The translations under genes were made by a program, and so were the position numbers. A stretch of 64,000 nucleotides of DNA from an uncultured delta proteobacterium (GTDB lineage Bacteria; Desulfobacterota; Desulfobacteria; Desulfobacterales; Desulfatirhabdiaceae): assembly GCA_963789395.1 (NCBI GenBank), contig CAWBKP010000019.1:96001-160000 (forward strand). Direction: 5' to 3'. This document shows positions 52,474 to 64,000 of this stretch, piece by piece; within the stretch, counting starts at the first letter, position 1; the number at the start of each line of letters is the position of its first letter. The notes beneath the pieces were generated by a model. That model was given only the letters and a program-made list of their open reading frames with translations, had not been told where the DNA came from and ran no database searches.

Positions 52474-52727
52474 TTTTATCTCTCTGAGACGCTATAGGGA
52501 TAATATCCTTTTTCACAATTGACAGATGATAGGCACGCCAGTTTTTTGGCGCTACAGATATTTATTTGACACAGACAGTTGGCGCTGCATTCACCATGCT
52601 ATCCGGAAGATTTGCGTAATTCAATATAATTGGCAACATTTCATAAACAGTGTCTAAACGGAAAGCCGGTTTCTAACAACGTGAAGGCATGTAATCCGAA
52701 ACCATATCGATTTCCTTCCCCAAGACG

Positions 52728-53492
52728 TTACGGCGACTTTTGGTGTGATTTTGTAATCTGCAGCGTCGAAAACGAAAAAAACAATGTAATGCAGCAAACG
52801 GTTATCAAGGAAAATTTCAATAATAATCGGGCGATGATTCCCACGATGTCATGCGTGGAATCGTGCTGCGGTGCATATTCCGGGGTGGATTTATTAGAGA
52901 CCGTCTGAATCTCCCCGTATTTTTCGCCTGCGGCGGGCGCTGTATCATCACAAACAAATTGGGGGTCGGTCGTTGTGTCGTCATCAAGAAGCTGAAGGTG
53001 AGCCTCAGACAATAACGGGGTCAGGTCGGCAGGCATCAGTGGTTCTGAAATGATGGGTTCCTGTTTTTCGGGGGTTTCGGCAATTTGTTCCTCATGAGGC
53101 GATGGCGGGGCGTTTATGGAAACGAAGACCTCTGATGATAGCGGCTTGGCAATCGGCTGCTCTGCGTGGTTACCGTCGGATCGTTGCCGCTGCGACTTGG
53201 CGGAAGCGGATTGCTTCGTCCGTTTGCTGATGGTTTGCTGTAACTGTAGTTTGGCGGATAAAGGTAGCTCGGCCGGGAGATTTACGGGAGGTTGCAACCG
53301 TTCATGGGGCGACTCCGTCGATAGCTTCGACATAACGATTTTCCCACCGCCATCGGCAAGATGTCTGGAATTGACACGGGGCGTCGTTGTTGCGGAAGAA
53401 GCGTCATCACCCATTCCCGGACCAGGAAGAATCAAAATCCACAATACCAAACACCCGGCAATCCGGGTGATATACCGACGATGCAAATTCAT
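52728..53492 (-). CDS. Hypothetical membrane protein (signal/TM, low-complexity core, C-terminal TM)
   Basis: Hydrophobic N- and C-terminal segments; perfect sigma54 promoter upstream. Confidence 0.55.
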   Translation of the reverse strand: MNLHRRYITRIAGCLVLWILILPGPGMGDDASSATTTPRVNSRHLADGGGKIVMSKLSTESPHERLQPPVNLPAELPLSAKLQLQQTISKRTKQSASAKSQRQRSDGNHAEQPIAKPLSSEVFVSINAPPSPHEEQIAETPEKQEPIISEPLMPADLTPLLSEAHLQLLDDDTTTDPQFVCDDTAPAAGEKYGEIQTVSNKSTPEYAPQHDSTHDIVGIIARLLLKFSLITVCCITLFFSFSTLQITKSHQKSP

Positions 53493-53572
53493 GAATGCAG
53501 GCCTCCTTTTCAACGGGTCCAAATCATATGCGGGCAGGATGCTGAACTTAAATGCAATTGTTCACTAAAATA

Positions 53573-53588
53573 TGCAATAAAAGTGCCA
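53573..53588 (-). promoter_or_regulatory. Consensus sigma54 promoter
   Basis: Minus strand TGGCACTTTTATTGCA. Confidence 0.85.
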
Positions 53589-53769
53589 TGCTGAAAAAAT
53601 CTGCAGCCCTTATCGTGAATGTCCAATCATTGAAATGAAAATTGTACAGGTGGCGGAAGCCAAGCAACGTTTCGTGGAAATAACAGTGAGAGAAAGGCGA
53701 TATGGGGTGTGTGAGGTGAGAAGCCCTGCAAGATCCCGGCAATGTAAAAAAATAGGTGCCTGACCGCTG

Positions 53770-56182
53770 TCAGTATTCAGATTTTGAAAGCTCTTCCAAT
53801 GTTTTCGGGCCTGAATTGCCGGCTGAGACCGTTGTCGGAAGGGTTCCTTCCTTGAAGCATTCGAATAACACGGTTTGTGTTTCAGGGCCTGCCAGTTGGC
53901 CGGTGTTCGCGTCAATTTTTGCAAAAACGATTCCCTCTGGAACCGGAAAAACCTGAACAGGCATATTGGCAAGTACACGCTTCATAAACCCCACCCACAC
54001 CGGGCAAGCCGCCGCTCCACCGGTTTCACCCTTTCCCAGTGTCCCTTCTTCGTCAAACCCGACCCATACCCCGGTAATGTATTCAGGTGTATATCCAACG
54101 AACCAGGCATCGTTGAGATTATTGGTTGTTCCGGTTTTTCCGGCTGCCGGACGGTTCAGTTCTCTGGCCCTTCGGCCGGTGCCATTTTTCACAACACTTT
54201 CCAGAAGGTTGGTGATGATGAATGCCGTACTTTTTTCAATGACCGGCACTCTTTCCGGAACGGTTTCTTCAAGAACGCGGCCGTTCTGATCCGTGATTTT
54301 GGTGATGAAAACCGGCTGGATTAAATCTCCTGCGTTATCAAATACGGAATAGGCTCTGACCAGCTCCAGAAGAGACACCCCGGATGATCCCAGTGCAATG
54401 GAGAGGTTAGGCTCCAAAATGGAGGTGATGCCCAGTTTTTTGGCGTAGCCGATGGCGTAGTTCACGCCGATATCCTGAAGGATTTTAACCGTCACCACGT
54501 TCACGGATTTTTCCAGGGCGTTTCGCAGCAGGATTTGCCCGGAATATTTTCTGTCATAATTCTGTGGTTTCCAGACCGATGCGCCATCTTCATCCTGAAA
54601 CGCGATCGGCGAGTCGATTATCACCGTTGCCGGAGTGTAGCCCTTGTCAATGGCGGCGGCATAGATGATGGGTTTGAAAGATGACCCGGGTTGCCTTCTG
54701 GACTGGATGGCCCGGTTAAACTGGCTGTCTCTGAAATCCCTGCCGCCAACCATCACCTTGACCAAGCCGGTGCCGGCTTCCAGACAAAGCAGTGCGCCCT
54801 GAACTTTGGGCGTTTGTTCCAGGGCAAGGATCCACCTGTCTCCCTCCTTGGCTTTATCCAATACTTTGACCAGAACGACGTCTCCGATGCCAAGGATGGC
54901 TGACGACCGTTTTGCACCGCCCAGTTGTTGGGGGCTGTTTTGAATGGACTTTTTTGCCCATTTCATGTCCGCAAAGCGAATGACGCCCTGGGATTTTCCG
55001 ATGCGAATTTCGGCAGACTGTTCCGATTCACCACTGATTGAAACGACAACTCCGCTTATAACGGTTCCGGGTTTGATCGGAGCGTCCTTGATTTCTTCCT
55101 GAGTTGCTGCGGAAAAGGACTCGATTTCATTCGGTTTCAGGTGTTTGATCGGCCCCCGGTATCCCTGGCGTTTATCGAGCGCGCCAAGGCCGATACCCAG
55201 CTCTTCCTGAGCCGCCTTCTGCATGTCGATGTCAACAGCCGCGTAAATGCTGAGCCCGTTGCTGTATAAAGCGTCGGGGCCGTATTTGGTTTCAACGTAG
55301 CGCCGGATATACTCGGTATAAAACGGCACTTCTTCAATATACCAGTTTTTCCGGGGTTTGACATCCATGGGCTGCTGAATGGCCGCAGCGGCCTGAGCTT
55401 CGGTGATATAGCCTTCGGCGGCCATGCGGTTCAAGACGTATGTCTGGCGCTGTTTGGCTCTGTCCGGATACCGGAACGGGGAATACTTGGTGGGTGCCTG
55501 TGGCAGTCCGGCCAGCATTGCGCATTCGGCAAGATTTAAATCCGTAACGGGTTTGCCGAAGTAGTTTTCCGAAGCCGCTTCAATTCCGTAAGCGCCGTGA
55601 CCCAGATAAATCTGATTCAGATATAAAAACAGGATTTCGTCTTTTGAAAATGCCTGGCTGATTCGATACGCCAGAATGGCTTCCTTGATTTTTCGGGTGT
55701 AGCTTCGTTCCGGGGTCAGCAGAAAGGATTTGGTAACCTGCTGGGTAATCGTGCTTCCGCCCTGAACTACACCGCCGGCTTCGATATTTTTCAATAAAGC
55801 CCGGAAGATGCCGATGACATCAATTCCCGGATGACTGTAGAAACGGGAATCTTCGGCGGCAATAAACGCCTCTTTCAGAATTTGAGGAATTCTGGATATG
55901 GGGACGACAATCCGGCGTTCTTTGTAAAATTCGCCGATTTTCCGATTATCGTCTGAATAAACCGTGGTGACTACCGGCGGATGGTAATCGGACAGTTTGG
56001 ATATTTTCGGCAGATCTTCATTGATGTAAAAATAAACCAGTACAACTGCAATCATTCCTGCAATGATGGCGAGCCGAGCCTGACCAGAAAACCGTTTTGA
56101 AAATGATCGTGGACAATTTCCTGCGGGGTTTCTGGCGGGCCCGCTGTTTCAGAATCTTTGATGTTTTTCGAAATTCAGGCAT
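53770..56182 (-). CDS. mrcA: Penicillin-binding protein 1A (indel in the N-terminal TM region at ~56075)
   Basis: [23 protein letters not shown]; transpeptidase SxxK (SSFK), SVN, KTG. Confidence 0.93.
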
Positions 56183-56357
56183 AATGATGATGGGTTTCTA
56201 CGTTTGGATATCAGTCGTGCAAAACTTGATGAGCTTATTGCTTTACAAATATTCAGCGACTTGTTACTTTACCTTCCGGTTGATAAAAATATTCATTATA
56301 ACCCAGGATGAGAGAAAGACAAGAATTTTTAGCAATGACCTTTTAGCAGGAAAGATT

Positions 56358-56738
56358 ATGGATGCGATTAAACTTGATTTCGACAAACTTGAAGGGCTGG
56401 TTCCTGCCATTGCCCAGGACATTGAGACCGGCGAGGTCCTGATGCTGGCATTCATGAATGCAGAAGCATGGGAAGCCACCCTTGCAACCGGCAAAGCCAC
56501 GTATTACAGCAGGACCCGGAAAAAACTCTGGATCAAAGGGGAAACATCCGGCCACTGCCAGATCGTCAGGGAAATCCGCATCGACTGCGACAATGATACG
56601 GTGCTGCTGAAAATAGAGCAGATCGGTGGCGCCGCCTGCCATACCGGGCATAAAAGCTGTTTTTTCAAGCGCGTGGAAGGAGGCCGCATCAAAATATCCG
56701 GAGAGCCGATTTTTAATCCAAAGGAGATCTATAAATAA
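56358..56738 (+). CDS. hisI: Phosphoribosyl-AMP cyclohydrolase
   Basis: [35 protein letters not shown]. Confidence 0.97.
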   Translation: MDAIKLDFDKLEGLVPAIAQDIETGEVLMLAFMNAEAWEATLATGKATYYSRTRKKLWIKGETSGHCQIVREIRIDCDNDTVLLKIEQIGGAACHTGHKSCFFKRVEGGRIKISGEPIFNPKEIYK

Positions 56739-57614
56739 ATGAACGCTGTTTTGAAACTGGGGATTCCCAAGGGAAGTCTGCAGAACGCCACCGTGGAGCT
56801 GTTCAGGCGTTCCGGCTGGAAAATCGATGTCAATGGCAGAAGTTATTTTCCTGAAATTAATGATGAAAAAATTGAATGTGCCTTATGCCGGGCACAGGAA
56901 ATGTCCCGATATGTCGAAAACGGCACAATGGATGCCGGACTTACCGGCAAGGACTGGATCGCCGAAAACAGATCAAATGTCCATGTGGTGGCGGATCTTG
57001 TCTATTCAAAAGTGAGTGCGCGGCCTGCCCGGTGGGTGCTTGCTGTTCCGTTTGACTCTCCGGCCAGAAAACCCGAAGATCTTGCCGGCAAAAAAATTGC
57101 AACTGAACTGGTCGAGTTTACAAAAAAATATTTTGCGGAAAGAAGTGTTCCGGTAACCGTCGAATTTTCCTGGGGAGCGACAGAGGCCAAGGTGGTATCG
57201 GGTCTGGCGGATGCCATCGTCGAGGTTACGGAAACCGGCAGCACCATCAAGGCGCACGGCCTTCGGATCATCCATGAGCTGATGCAGACCAATACCCAGC
57301 TGATCGCCAACCACGAATCGTGGAAAAATCCTGAAAAAAGAGAAAAAATCGAGCAGATTGCGCTGCTGCTTCAAGGCGCGCTGCTGGGGGAAAAACTCGT
57401 GGGTCTCAAAATGAATGTTCCGGATGCCTGCCTTGAAAAAGTGGTGGCGCTGTTGCCCAGCCTGAACGCTCCTACAGTCGCATCTCTTTACAAATCCACA
57501 TGGTATTCGGTTGAAACCGTTGTGAATACGCATGTGGTAAGGGAATTGATTCCTGTCTTGATGAAAAACGGTGCGGAAGGAATTATCGAGTATCCGTTGA
57601 ATAAGGTGATATAG
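56739..57614 (+). CDS. hisG: ATP phosphoribosyltransferase (long form)
   Basis: [26 protein letters not shown]-terminal regulatory domain. Confidence 0.97.
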   Translation: MNAVLKLGIPKGSLQNATVELFRRSGWKIDVNGRSYFPEINDEKIECALCRAQEMSRYVENGTMDAGLTGKDWIAENRSNVHVVADLVYSKVSARPARWVLAVPFDSPARKPEDLAGKKIATELVEFTKKYFAERSVPVTVEFSWGATEAKVVSGLADAIVEVTETGSTIKAHGLRIIHELMQTNTQLIANHESWKNPEKREKIEQIALLLQGALLGEKLVGLKMNVPDACLEKVVALLPSLNAPTVASLYKSTWYSVETVVNTHVVRELIPVLMKNGAEGIIEYPLNKVI

Positions 57615-57616
57615 TA

Positions 57617-57639
57617 TCTGAACGGAATACCCGTTCAGA
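57617..57639. terminator. Hairpin between convergent hisG and sdhB
   Basis: TCTGAACGG-aatac-CCGTTCAGA, a perfect 9-bp stem. Confidence 0.6.
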
Positions 57640-57646
57640 AAATTTG

Positions 57647-57770
57647 AAATCCGAATATCGAAATCCGAAACAATGCCCAACCGCTTATACATATCAATGA
57701 CAAAAACAAAGTAATTTCAAATGAATAAACTTTGCCACTCTGATATTTGAATTTGTTTCGGATTTCGAAT
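57647..57770. repeat. Long imperfect palindrome (copy 2, same family as 19443-19584)
   Basis: aaatccgaatatcgaaatccgaaacaa ... atttgaatttgtttcggatttcgaat. Confidence 0.8.
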
Positions 57771-57783
57771 GTTTGTATCGAGT

Positions 57784-58544
57784 CTAGTTGACGGATGAAA
57801 ACAACCCCGCTTTAAAAAACTCCCGGTTCATTCGGGCAATGTTGGTGATGGAGATTTCCTTGGGGCATTCCGCCTCGCATTCCCGTTCGTTGGAGCAGTT
57901 TCCAAATCCCAGTTCATCCATGGTCCGAACCATATATGTGACGCGCCTGGCTGCCTCGGGTTTTCCCTGAGGCAGCAGTGCGAGCTGGGATACCTTTGCG
58001 CCCACAAAAAGCATGGCCGATGCATTGGGGCAGGCAGCCACACAGGCTCCGCAGCCGATACAGGCCGCGGCATCCATGGCCTTTTCCGCGATTTCCTTTG
58101 GAACCGGGATGGCATTGGCATCCGGAGTCCCGCCGGTATTGACTGACACATACCCGCCGGCCTGAATGACTTTATCCAGGGCGCTCCGGTCCACAACCAG
58201 ATCTTTTAAAACCTTGAAGGCTTTTGCCCGGAACGGTTCAATGGCAATGGTATCCCCGTCGCAGAAATGCCGCATGTGAAGCTGGCACAGGGTGGTTCCT
58301 TTTTCAGGGCCGTGAGGCCTGCCGTTTATTACAGATCCGCACTGGCCGCAGATTCCCTCCCGGCAATCATGATCAAAGGCAATGGGCTCCTTGCAATCCA
58401 GGGTAAGCTGCTCATTGACAACATCCAGCATTTCCAGAAACGACATGTCCGTAGATATATTGCTGGCATGGTAGGTTTCAAATCCGCCTTTTATCGCAGC
58501 GGATTGCTGTCGCCATACCTTCAGCGTTAAATTGATGGTTTTTG

Positions 58545-58548
<4 letters not shown>
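57784..58548 (-). CDS. sdhB: Succinate dehydrogenase/fumarate reductase Fe-S subunit
   Basis: [36 protein letters not shown]. Confidence 0.95.
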
Positions 58549-60458
<1,910 letters not shown>

Positions 60459-60475
60459 GGTTGATCTCCTTATTC

Positions 60476-61117
60476 TTAAGCAATCAGCGAAATATAGACG
60501 GGAAGAAATCCAAAACCAATGCCGACGATGAGGCTGAAGACCAGGCTGAGCGTCATAATGTACGGCATGTATTTGGGGTGGTTGGCGCCCAGGGTTTGAA
60601 AAGCGCTCCACAGCCCGTGGCTCACATGAAGGCCGGCGATGATCATGGCCAGAATGTAGAAAATGACATAAAGCGGATTTGAAAACGCCTTGGAAACAAT
60701 ATCAAAGATGGTCAGGTGGGTCTTGTCCACAAAATGAAAATTGAAAAGATGAAAAATCACAAAAAACAGCAGAAAAAAACCGGTGTAAGGCATGGTTGCG
60801 GACCCGATGGTTCTGCCGCCAGCATTTTTGTTGACGCGATAGCGGTTGGGTCTGGCCCGCAGGTTTTCATAAAACAGGGTCGCGCCTGTCAGGACATGAA
60901 CCAGGGCCAATGCCAAAAGCCCCATCTCCGCCACGTTCACCAGCGGACCCAGGGAGTGGAGGTGTGCTGCATATGAATTAAAAGCATCTCTTCCCCCATA
61001 GATAAACAGGTTGCCGGCAAGGTGTGAAACCAGAAACCCGCAAAAACAAAGTCCCGTAATGGCCATCATCAGTTTTTTTCCGATGGATGAGCCCAGCATG
61101 TTGACAAGCCAGTTCAT
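60476..61117 (-). CDS. sdhC: Succinate dehydrogenase cytochrome b subunit
   Basis: [13 protein letters not shown], heme-ligand His residues, [11 protein letters not shown]. Confidence 0.93.
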   Translation of the reverse strand: MNWLVNMLGSSIGKKLMMAITGLCFCGFLVSHLAGNLFIYGGRDAFNSYAAHLHSLGPLVNVAEMGLLALALVHVLTGATLFYENLRARPNRYRVNKNAGGRTIGSATMPYTGFFLLFFVIFHLFNFHFVDKTHLTIFDIVSKAFSNPLYVIFYILAMIIAGLHVSHGLWSAFQTLGANHPKYMPYIMTLSLVFSLIVGIGFGFLPVYISLIA

Positions 61118-61933
61118 TTTTTCCTCCAGGTTAAGAATAATCAATAAATAATTTAATAGCTTAATTTGTTTAGTATTGAATTATATTTATCTATTGCTTC
61201 TGATCCGATCTGTCAATGATGAAAGTAATGGACGATCAAGAAATATATTGGTATTCTTCAGAACGGTCATCACGGATCATGTTGGACATCGCAAAACTTT
61301 GTTACTGAATGTGGTTTTATAAAATCATCTGGTGAATTTAATTAATTATAACAATCTGAATTTAATTACAATATTATATAAAAATTAAATAATTCCATTT
61401 GAACTTATATGAAATGATGTTCTATGTAAATTGATATTATAATATATTTGATATTTAATATAATATAATTAATTATTTGATATTAAATATGATAAAATTC
61501 GAAACATTGTTTCGTAAAAAATTGATATACGAATGAAAATATTCTGTCAAGTGTAAATTTTCTGCAAATACGCGTCTGAAATACCCTTTGCGCTGAAACC
61601 CAGCGCATCTTCTTGCATGCGACTTGACCCGCGGCACCTTCAAAATTGGCTTTCCGTGCATCTTTGGGTATGTTCCGAACTTCACGAATCTAAGGCAGCT
61701 TCATCGACATTTCCAAGGCATGCATTGACATTGACACTTGATTATTAAAGATGTACGTACCTGTTGCCGTTGAAAGCGTATTGGCAGCAGCATGTTGGTC
61801 AGCATTTTATGAAAGCTTTCAGAATTATTAACAGCATGGGTACCGAAGCTACTGTCTGATATGCCTTTGCGTAAGGCGACCGGTTTGTTTTTTGTTCTGG
61901 GGGCGCCAGGAAGTAGGGATAAGGAAAAACAAC

Positions 61934-62545
61934 ATGATTTCTGAAAACGCGTCGGATTGTTGCATTCAGATGACACTGAAAGAAGATTCCAGATTCTGCT
62001 TTCTGTTGAATAGCGTTTTCCGTCAGGGCGTTCGGATGGAGATTCTGGCAGGTTCCAGCATTCGGCAGGTCATTGTCGAGCAACTGGGAATTGCTGAAGC
62101 GTATCTGGAAAACCGGGTTCAAACGCTTTTTCTGAATGGAAAGCCCGTGGATGATGTGGATGCCATGACGGTTTCTGACGGCTCCATCCTGGCGCTGTCG
62201 GCTGCCATGCCGGGGCTTGCGGGAGCCACGCTCAGAAAAGGCGGAAAATATGCTGCATTTCGGCAAGAGATAACTCTTGGCAGGGATTCGCCGGTCCCGG
62301 TTCTCCGGAAAGGGCGGATGGTGATGAAACTTTTTAATCAGGTTGCCGAGGAACTGGGGCCGGTGGTGGTAACAAAAGGGATAGGGATTGGCGGCGGGGA
62401 TTTGCTGGATGTTATCCGTAAGGCCAAGGAAATGTCCCTACTCTCTGAAATCGTTGAATTGACAGTAAACGGTAATGCCATTGCTCCGGAAATGCTGGCT
62501 GCAAAGATCAGCAGCCAATCCGACGTTTTCCTTTCGATCAGATAG
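61934..62545 (+). CDS. Hypothetical protein with MoaD/ThiS-like (beta-grasp) segments
   Basis: TLFLNGKPVDD..DGSILALSAAMPG..RKGG, and a second MKLFNQVAEELG..VNG..DVFL segment. Confidence 0.7.
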   Translation: MISENASDCCIQMTLKEDSRFCFLLNSVFRQGVRMEILAGSSIRQVIVEQLGIAEAYLENRVQTLFLNGKPVDDVDAMTVSDGSILALSAAMPGLAGATLRKGGKYAAFRQEITLGRDSPVPVLRKGRMVMKLFNQVAEELGPVVVTKGIGIGGGDLLDVIRKAKEMSLLSEIVELTVNGNAIAPEMLAAKISSQSDVFLSIR

Positions 62546-62587
62546 TGATGGCAATTTTCAACCGGCTGACGGGATGGCCTTGAACCG

Positions 62588-63409
62588 TTAACGGTTCGGG
62601 TTCAGATTGCCCATGCGATACCCGCTCATATCCATGAGAACATGGACAAATCCAAGCTGTTTAAAAAATGAAACCACCTGTTCACGGATAGGCGGTGCCA
62701 TCATTCGGCTCAATTCATTTATATCCAATTCGATGCGGGCGGTATCGCCAAAGTGCCTGACCCGAACCTGAGCGATGTTTCCCAGCCTGCGGATATAGGC
62801 TTCAGCTGCATCAATCTGCCGAAGCTTTTCCGGAGTAATCGGGCTGAAATAAGGAATCCGGGATGCCAGGCAGGCCAGTGCCGGCTTGTCCCAGGTGGAC
62901 AGTCCCAGCGCTTTGGATAAGGCGCGGATACCGTCCTTGGTCAATCCGGCCTCGCTTAAAGGGCTTCGAACGCCCAGTTCCCGTGCGGCAAGGCTGCCCG
63001 GGCGGTAATCCTTGCCGTCATCCGCATTTTCCCCATCTGCAATGACGGTAAACCCGTGTTGACCGGCAATGGTAATCAGTGCCTCGTATCGGTATTTTTT
63101 ACAGAGGTAGCATCTGTCAGGAGGATTTTGCACAAACTCCGGAATGCGCATTTCATGGGTTTCCACCACAAGATGCCGAACCCCGATTTGCCGGGCAAAT
63201 GTCACGGCATCTGAAAACTCTTCCTGAGAAGTGGTCTCAGACCGGGCGGTGAAAGCCATGACAGAATCATTTAGGACATCGGAGGCAACCCGAAGCAGCA
63301 ATGCGCTGTCAACGCCGCCGGAAAAGGCAATGGCGACCCGTCCCATTTGCCTGAGGATTTCCTTCAAATCGGCGTACCCGGTTATTTGTAACGGATCAAT
63401 CGAGTGCAT
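62588..63409 (-). CDS. larE: ATP-dependent sulfur transferase LarE family (PP-loop)
   Basis: AFSGGVDS, RCYLCK, DYRPG, ACLASR, RVRH. Confidence 0.9.
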   Translation of the reverse strand: MHSIDPLQITGYADLKEILRQMGRVAIAFSGGVDSALLLRVASDVLNDSVMAFTARSETTSQEEFSDAVTFARQIGVRHLVVETHEMRIPEFVQNPPDRCYLCKKYRYEALITIAGQHGFTVIADGENADDGKDYRPGSLAARELGVRSPLSEAGLTKDGIRALSKALGLSTWDKPALACLASRIPYFSPITPEKLRQIDAAEAYIRRLGNIAQVRVRHFGDTARIELDINELSRMMAPPIREQVVSFFKQLGFVHVLMDMSGYRMGNLNPNR

Positions 63410-63805
63410 ACCCTGTTATTATCCGTCATTTGGCGATCTGTCAACTTAACAAAAATTCAAAATGTTATCCGGTTTGCAGTCAGGGATAGGGAACGTCAGG
63501 GCAGATGCCGATTTTGCCTATCGTCGATACTGAAACCGGTATTGTCTGCATGCAGAAAAAAATCTCGTAAAAGCTTAAAAATATGGATATAATAACATAA
63601 CAGGTAACTATTTTTTTGCTTTTGAGTGAGTATTTTTTGCCTGTCTAAGTTTTTTGTGATAGAAATATAATCAGTATACGGGAGATGGTACCCAACTGTT
63701 TCAAAACATCAGGCGGTTTTTTCCGGTTGTAGACATTTGCAGCCTGCTGTCATGTTTCGATGGGGATCTTACCCATGGCCTTTTACCTGAATGTGTGGAG
63801 AGTGG

Positions 63806-64000
63806 ATGATCCATATTCGTTTGCCGAATAAACATCAAAATCAGGGGTTCACCCTGATTGAACTCATGGTCGTTATCGTTATTCTGGGAATACTGGCCAT
63901 GTACATTGCGCCCAAAATCATGGGACGGCCTGAAGAAGCCCGTCAGGTTAAGGCCAGAGTGGATATTGCCAGTCTGGAAACAGCCTTAAAGCTTTATAAA
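63806..64000 (+). CDS. gspG: Type II secretion major pseudopilin GspG (3' truncated by window; not in the ORF track)
   Basis: [40 protein letters not shown], a prepilin methylation motif. Confidence 0.9.
   Translation, partial: MIHIRLPNKHQNQGFTLIELMVVIVILGILAMYIAPKIMGRPEEARQVKARVDIASLETALKLYK

Noticed and set aside
56097..56357. N-terminal extension of HisI in the ORF track
   Set aside because: It overlaps the divergent mrcA start and intergenic region; HisI similarity begins at ATG 56358.
61835..61892. c-di-GMP-I (GEMM) riboswitch on the minus strand (CAAACCGGTC..ACGCAAAG)
   Set aside because: It lacks the GNRA-capped P2 stem; the resemblance is only partial.

Overview
Chromosomal window from a probable Desulfobacterota (Desulfobacterales-like) bacterium. 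Positions ~1-45 kb are one + strand flagellar/chemotaxis supercluster, in this order: FleQ/FlrA-like sigma54 activator (partial), flgBC-fliEFGHIJK-flgDE-flbD-motA-motB-motB-fliLMNOPQR-flhB-flhA-flhF-flhG-fliA, two hypothetical genes, flgFGAHIJ-flgM-flgN, a che operon (cheA-cheR-cheD-HDOD-cheY-cheX-cheB), flgK, a PilZ-like gene, a second motAB pair, flgL and a small accessory module. Flagellin, fliD, fliS and csrA/fliW are not in the window. Downstream are cheW and an MCP (- strand, sigma28 promoter), a hybrid kinase/NtrC-family pair, a lytic transglycosylase, PBP1A, hisIG, sdhCAB, a tandem MoaD/ThiS-like protein, larE and the start of gspG. Many genes carry single-base indels, often in homopolymer runs; these look like long-read errors rather than true pseudogenes. 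The most unusual items are: FlhF fused to an Ada-type Zn-binding domain; a MotB lacking the catalytic Asp beside a normal MotB; a CheD paralogue lacking its catalytic Cys and His; CheA carrying a MshEN-like c-di-GMP motif; a 65-aa tandem repeat expansion in the hook ruler FliK next to a short, D2-less FlgE; and a degenerate PilZ gene in front of a second stator. All calls come from motif recognition by eye; no database searches were run.
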